Below are positions 62,101-64,000 of a stretch of DNA of 64,000 nt, piece by piece. This DNA is from Bugula neritina (taxonomy: Eukaryota; Animalia; Bryozoa): assembly GCA_964035545.1 (NCBI GenBank), contig OZ037770.1:6954729-7018728 (forward strand), read 5' to 3'. The notes below the pieces were generated by a model. The model was not told the DNA's origin and did no database searches. It saw only the letters and a program-made list of their open reading frames with translations. A program made the translations under genes and the position numbers. The first letter of the stretch is position 1. The number at the start of each line of letters is the position of its first letter.

Positions 62101-64000
62101 AATTTCAATGTGTTGCAGGGTAATTCAATATGTTACAGTGTATTTCAGTATCTTGAAGTATGTTGCAGTGTATTTCAGTATGTTGCAGTATATTTCAGTG
62201 TGTTACAGTATATTTCAGTGTGTCACAGTATATTTCAGTATGTTACAGTACATTTCAGTATATTACACTATATTTTAGTGAGTTGCAGTGTATTTCAGTG
62301 TGCTAAAGCAAGTTTTCAGTATGTTACAGTGTATTTCAGTATGTTGCAGTATGTTGCAGCATATTTCAGTGTGTTGCAGTATATTTCAATGTGTTGAAGG
62401 GTATTTCGATATGTTACAGTGAACTTCAGTATGTTGCAGTATATTTCGGTGTGTTGCAGCATATTTCAGGGTGTTGCAGTATATTTCAATGTGTTGCAGG
62501 GTATTTCAATATGTTACAGTGTATTTCAATATTTTACAGTGTTTTTCAGTATGTTGCAGTATGTTACAGTACATTTTCGCATATTACACTTTACTTCAGC
62601 GAGTTGTGGTGTCTCTTAGTACGCTACAGCGTAATTCAGTATGTTGCAGTATTTTTCAATGTGTTACAGTATATTTCAGTGTATTACCGTAATTTGAGGT
62701 ATTTTGCAGTATTTTCCAATGTGTTGCAATATGTTTCAGTATGTTACAGTGCATTTCAGTATGTTGCAGTATGTTGCAGTATATTTCAGTATGTTGCAGG
62801 GTATTTCGATATGTTACAGTGTATTTCAGTATGTTGCAGTATGTTGCAGTATATTTCAGTATGTTGCAGTGTGTTTCGGGATGTTGCTTATGTTTCAGTA
62901 TGTTACAGTATGTTTTAGTATTTTGCAGTATATTTCACTGTGTTACAGTGTGTTTCAATATTTTACAGTGTTTTTCAGTAGGTTGCAGTATGTTGCAGTA
63001 TGTTGCAGTATACTTCAGTATGTTGCAGTATATTTCGGTGTGTTGCAGCATATTTCAGTGTGTTGCAGTATATTTCAATGTGTTGCAGTATATTTCAGTA
63101 TATTACCGTATCTTTAGTTATTCTGCAGTATATTCCAATGTGTCCCAGTGTGTTTCAGTATGTTACAGTGCATTTAAGTATATTGCAGTATATTGCATTA
63201 TATTTCAATATGTTGCAGTATATTTTAATAAGTCGAAGTATATTTCAGAATGTTGCCGATTGTTTCAGTGTGTTGCAGTATATTTCACTGTGTTACAGTG
63301 TATTTCAAAATGTTACAGTGCATTTAAGTATATTGCAGTATGTTGCAGTATATTTCAGTATGTTGCAGGATATTTCAGTGTGTTGCAGTATATTTCAATG
63401 TGTTGCAGGGTAATTCAGTATGTTACAGTGTATTTCAGTATGTTGCGTTATCTTGCAGTATATTTTAGTATATTGCGGTATATTTTAGTATGTTGCTTAT
63501 GTTTTAGTATATTACAGTATGTTTTAGCGTTTTGCAGTATATTTCACTGTGTTACAGTGTATTTCAATATTTTACAGTGTTTTTCAGTGTATTTCAGTAT
63601 GTTGCAGTTTCTTGCGTTATATTTCAATATGTTGCAGTATATTTCATGGCGTTGCAGGGTATTTCAATATGTTACAGTGTATTTCATTCTTTTACAGTGT
63701 TTTTCAGTATGTTGCAGTATTTTGCAGCGTATTTCAGTATGTTGTAGTGTATTTCAGGATGTTGCAGTATCTTGAATTGTATTTCAATATGTTGCAGTAT
63801 ATTTCAATGTGTTGCAGTATATTTCAGTATATTACCGTATATTTAGGTATTTTGCAGTATATTCCAATGTGTTCCAGTGTGTTTCAGTATGTTACAGTGC
63901 ATTTCAGTATGTTGCAGTATGTTGCAGTATATTTCGGTATGTTGCAGGATATTACAGTGTGTTGCAGTAGATTTCAATGTGTTGCAGGGTAATTCAAAAT

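Larger units (their letters stand above)
21648..64000 (+). repeat. Satellite C: >42-kb array of a 10-bp monomer CAGTRTRTTK (CAGTATGTTG / CAGTATATTT / CAGTGTATTT / CAGTATGTTA); continues past the window edge
   Basis: Continuous 10-bp register in one orientation, occasional 9-bp units, and kb-scale internal duplications. Confidence 0.97.

Noticed and set aside
21849-63992. Hundreds of plus-strand ORFs up to 480 aa rich in C, V, Y, S, F and Q
   Set aside because: The decamer consensus has no stop in any plus frame, while the minus strand has TGA in CTGAAAT. A 10-bp period yields the same peptides in all three overlapping frames. These are satellite artefacts.
23297-64000. Many CACAGTG/CACTGTG heptamers resembling RAG recombination signals, and CACAG MITE ends suggesting Transib/ProtoRAG
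   Set aside because: The heptamers are one-base variants of the satellite (TACAGTG) with no nonamer. The MITE TSDs are 2-3 bp, not 5 bp, and no RAG-like ORF is present.

Overview
Repeat-dominated eukaryotic window, probably from an invertebrate animal and heterochromatin-like. I recognise no host gene. (1) 1256-6097 is a ~4.85-kb Ty3/Gypsy LTR retroelement on the minus strand. Its LTRs are ~98% identical and it has a tRNA-Leu primer-binding site, an intact CCHC gag, a -1 frameshift signal (G_UUA_AAC plus a GC hairpin), an aspartic protease and the integrase H2C2 zinc-binding domain. It has no reverse transcriptase, RNase H or integrase core. An extra ORF with zinc-finger motifs and a coiled coil sits in the env position. 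(2) 6.1-7.8 kb is an AT-rich spacer holding an 87-bp perfect palindrome and a decayed fold-back element. (3) 7.85-10.4 kb contains degenerate ~10-bp repeats in reverse orientation. (4) 10.4-11.5 kb holds a TIR element and a second Gypsy protease fragment. (5) 11.5-21.6 kb is a 128/148-bp satellite built of 10-bp subunits. (6) 21.6-64 kb is a >42-kb array of a 10-bp monomer (CAGTRTRTTK) assembled from nested 2-6 kb duplications. The satellites carry four full ~755-bp CACAG-ended MITEs (2-3-bp TSDs), one solo MITE end, and one 422-bp MITE with a 6-bp TSD. The hundreds of C/V/Y/S/F/Q-rich ORFs are satellite artefacts.
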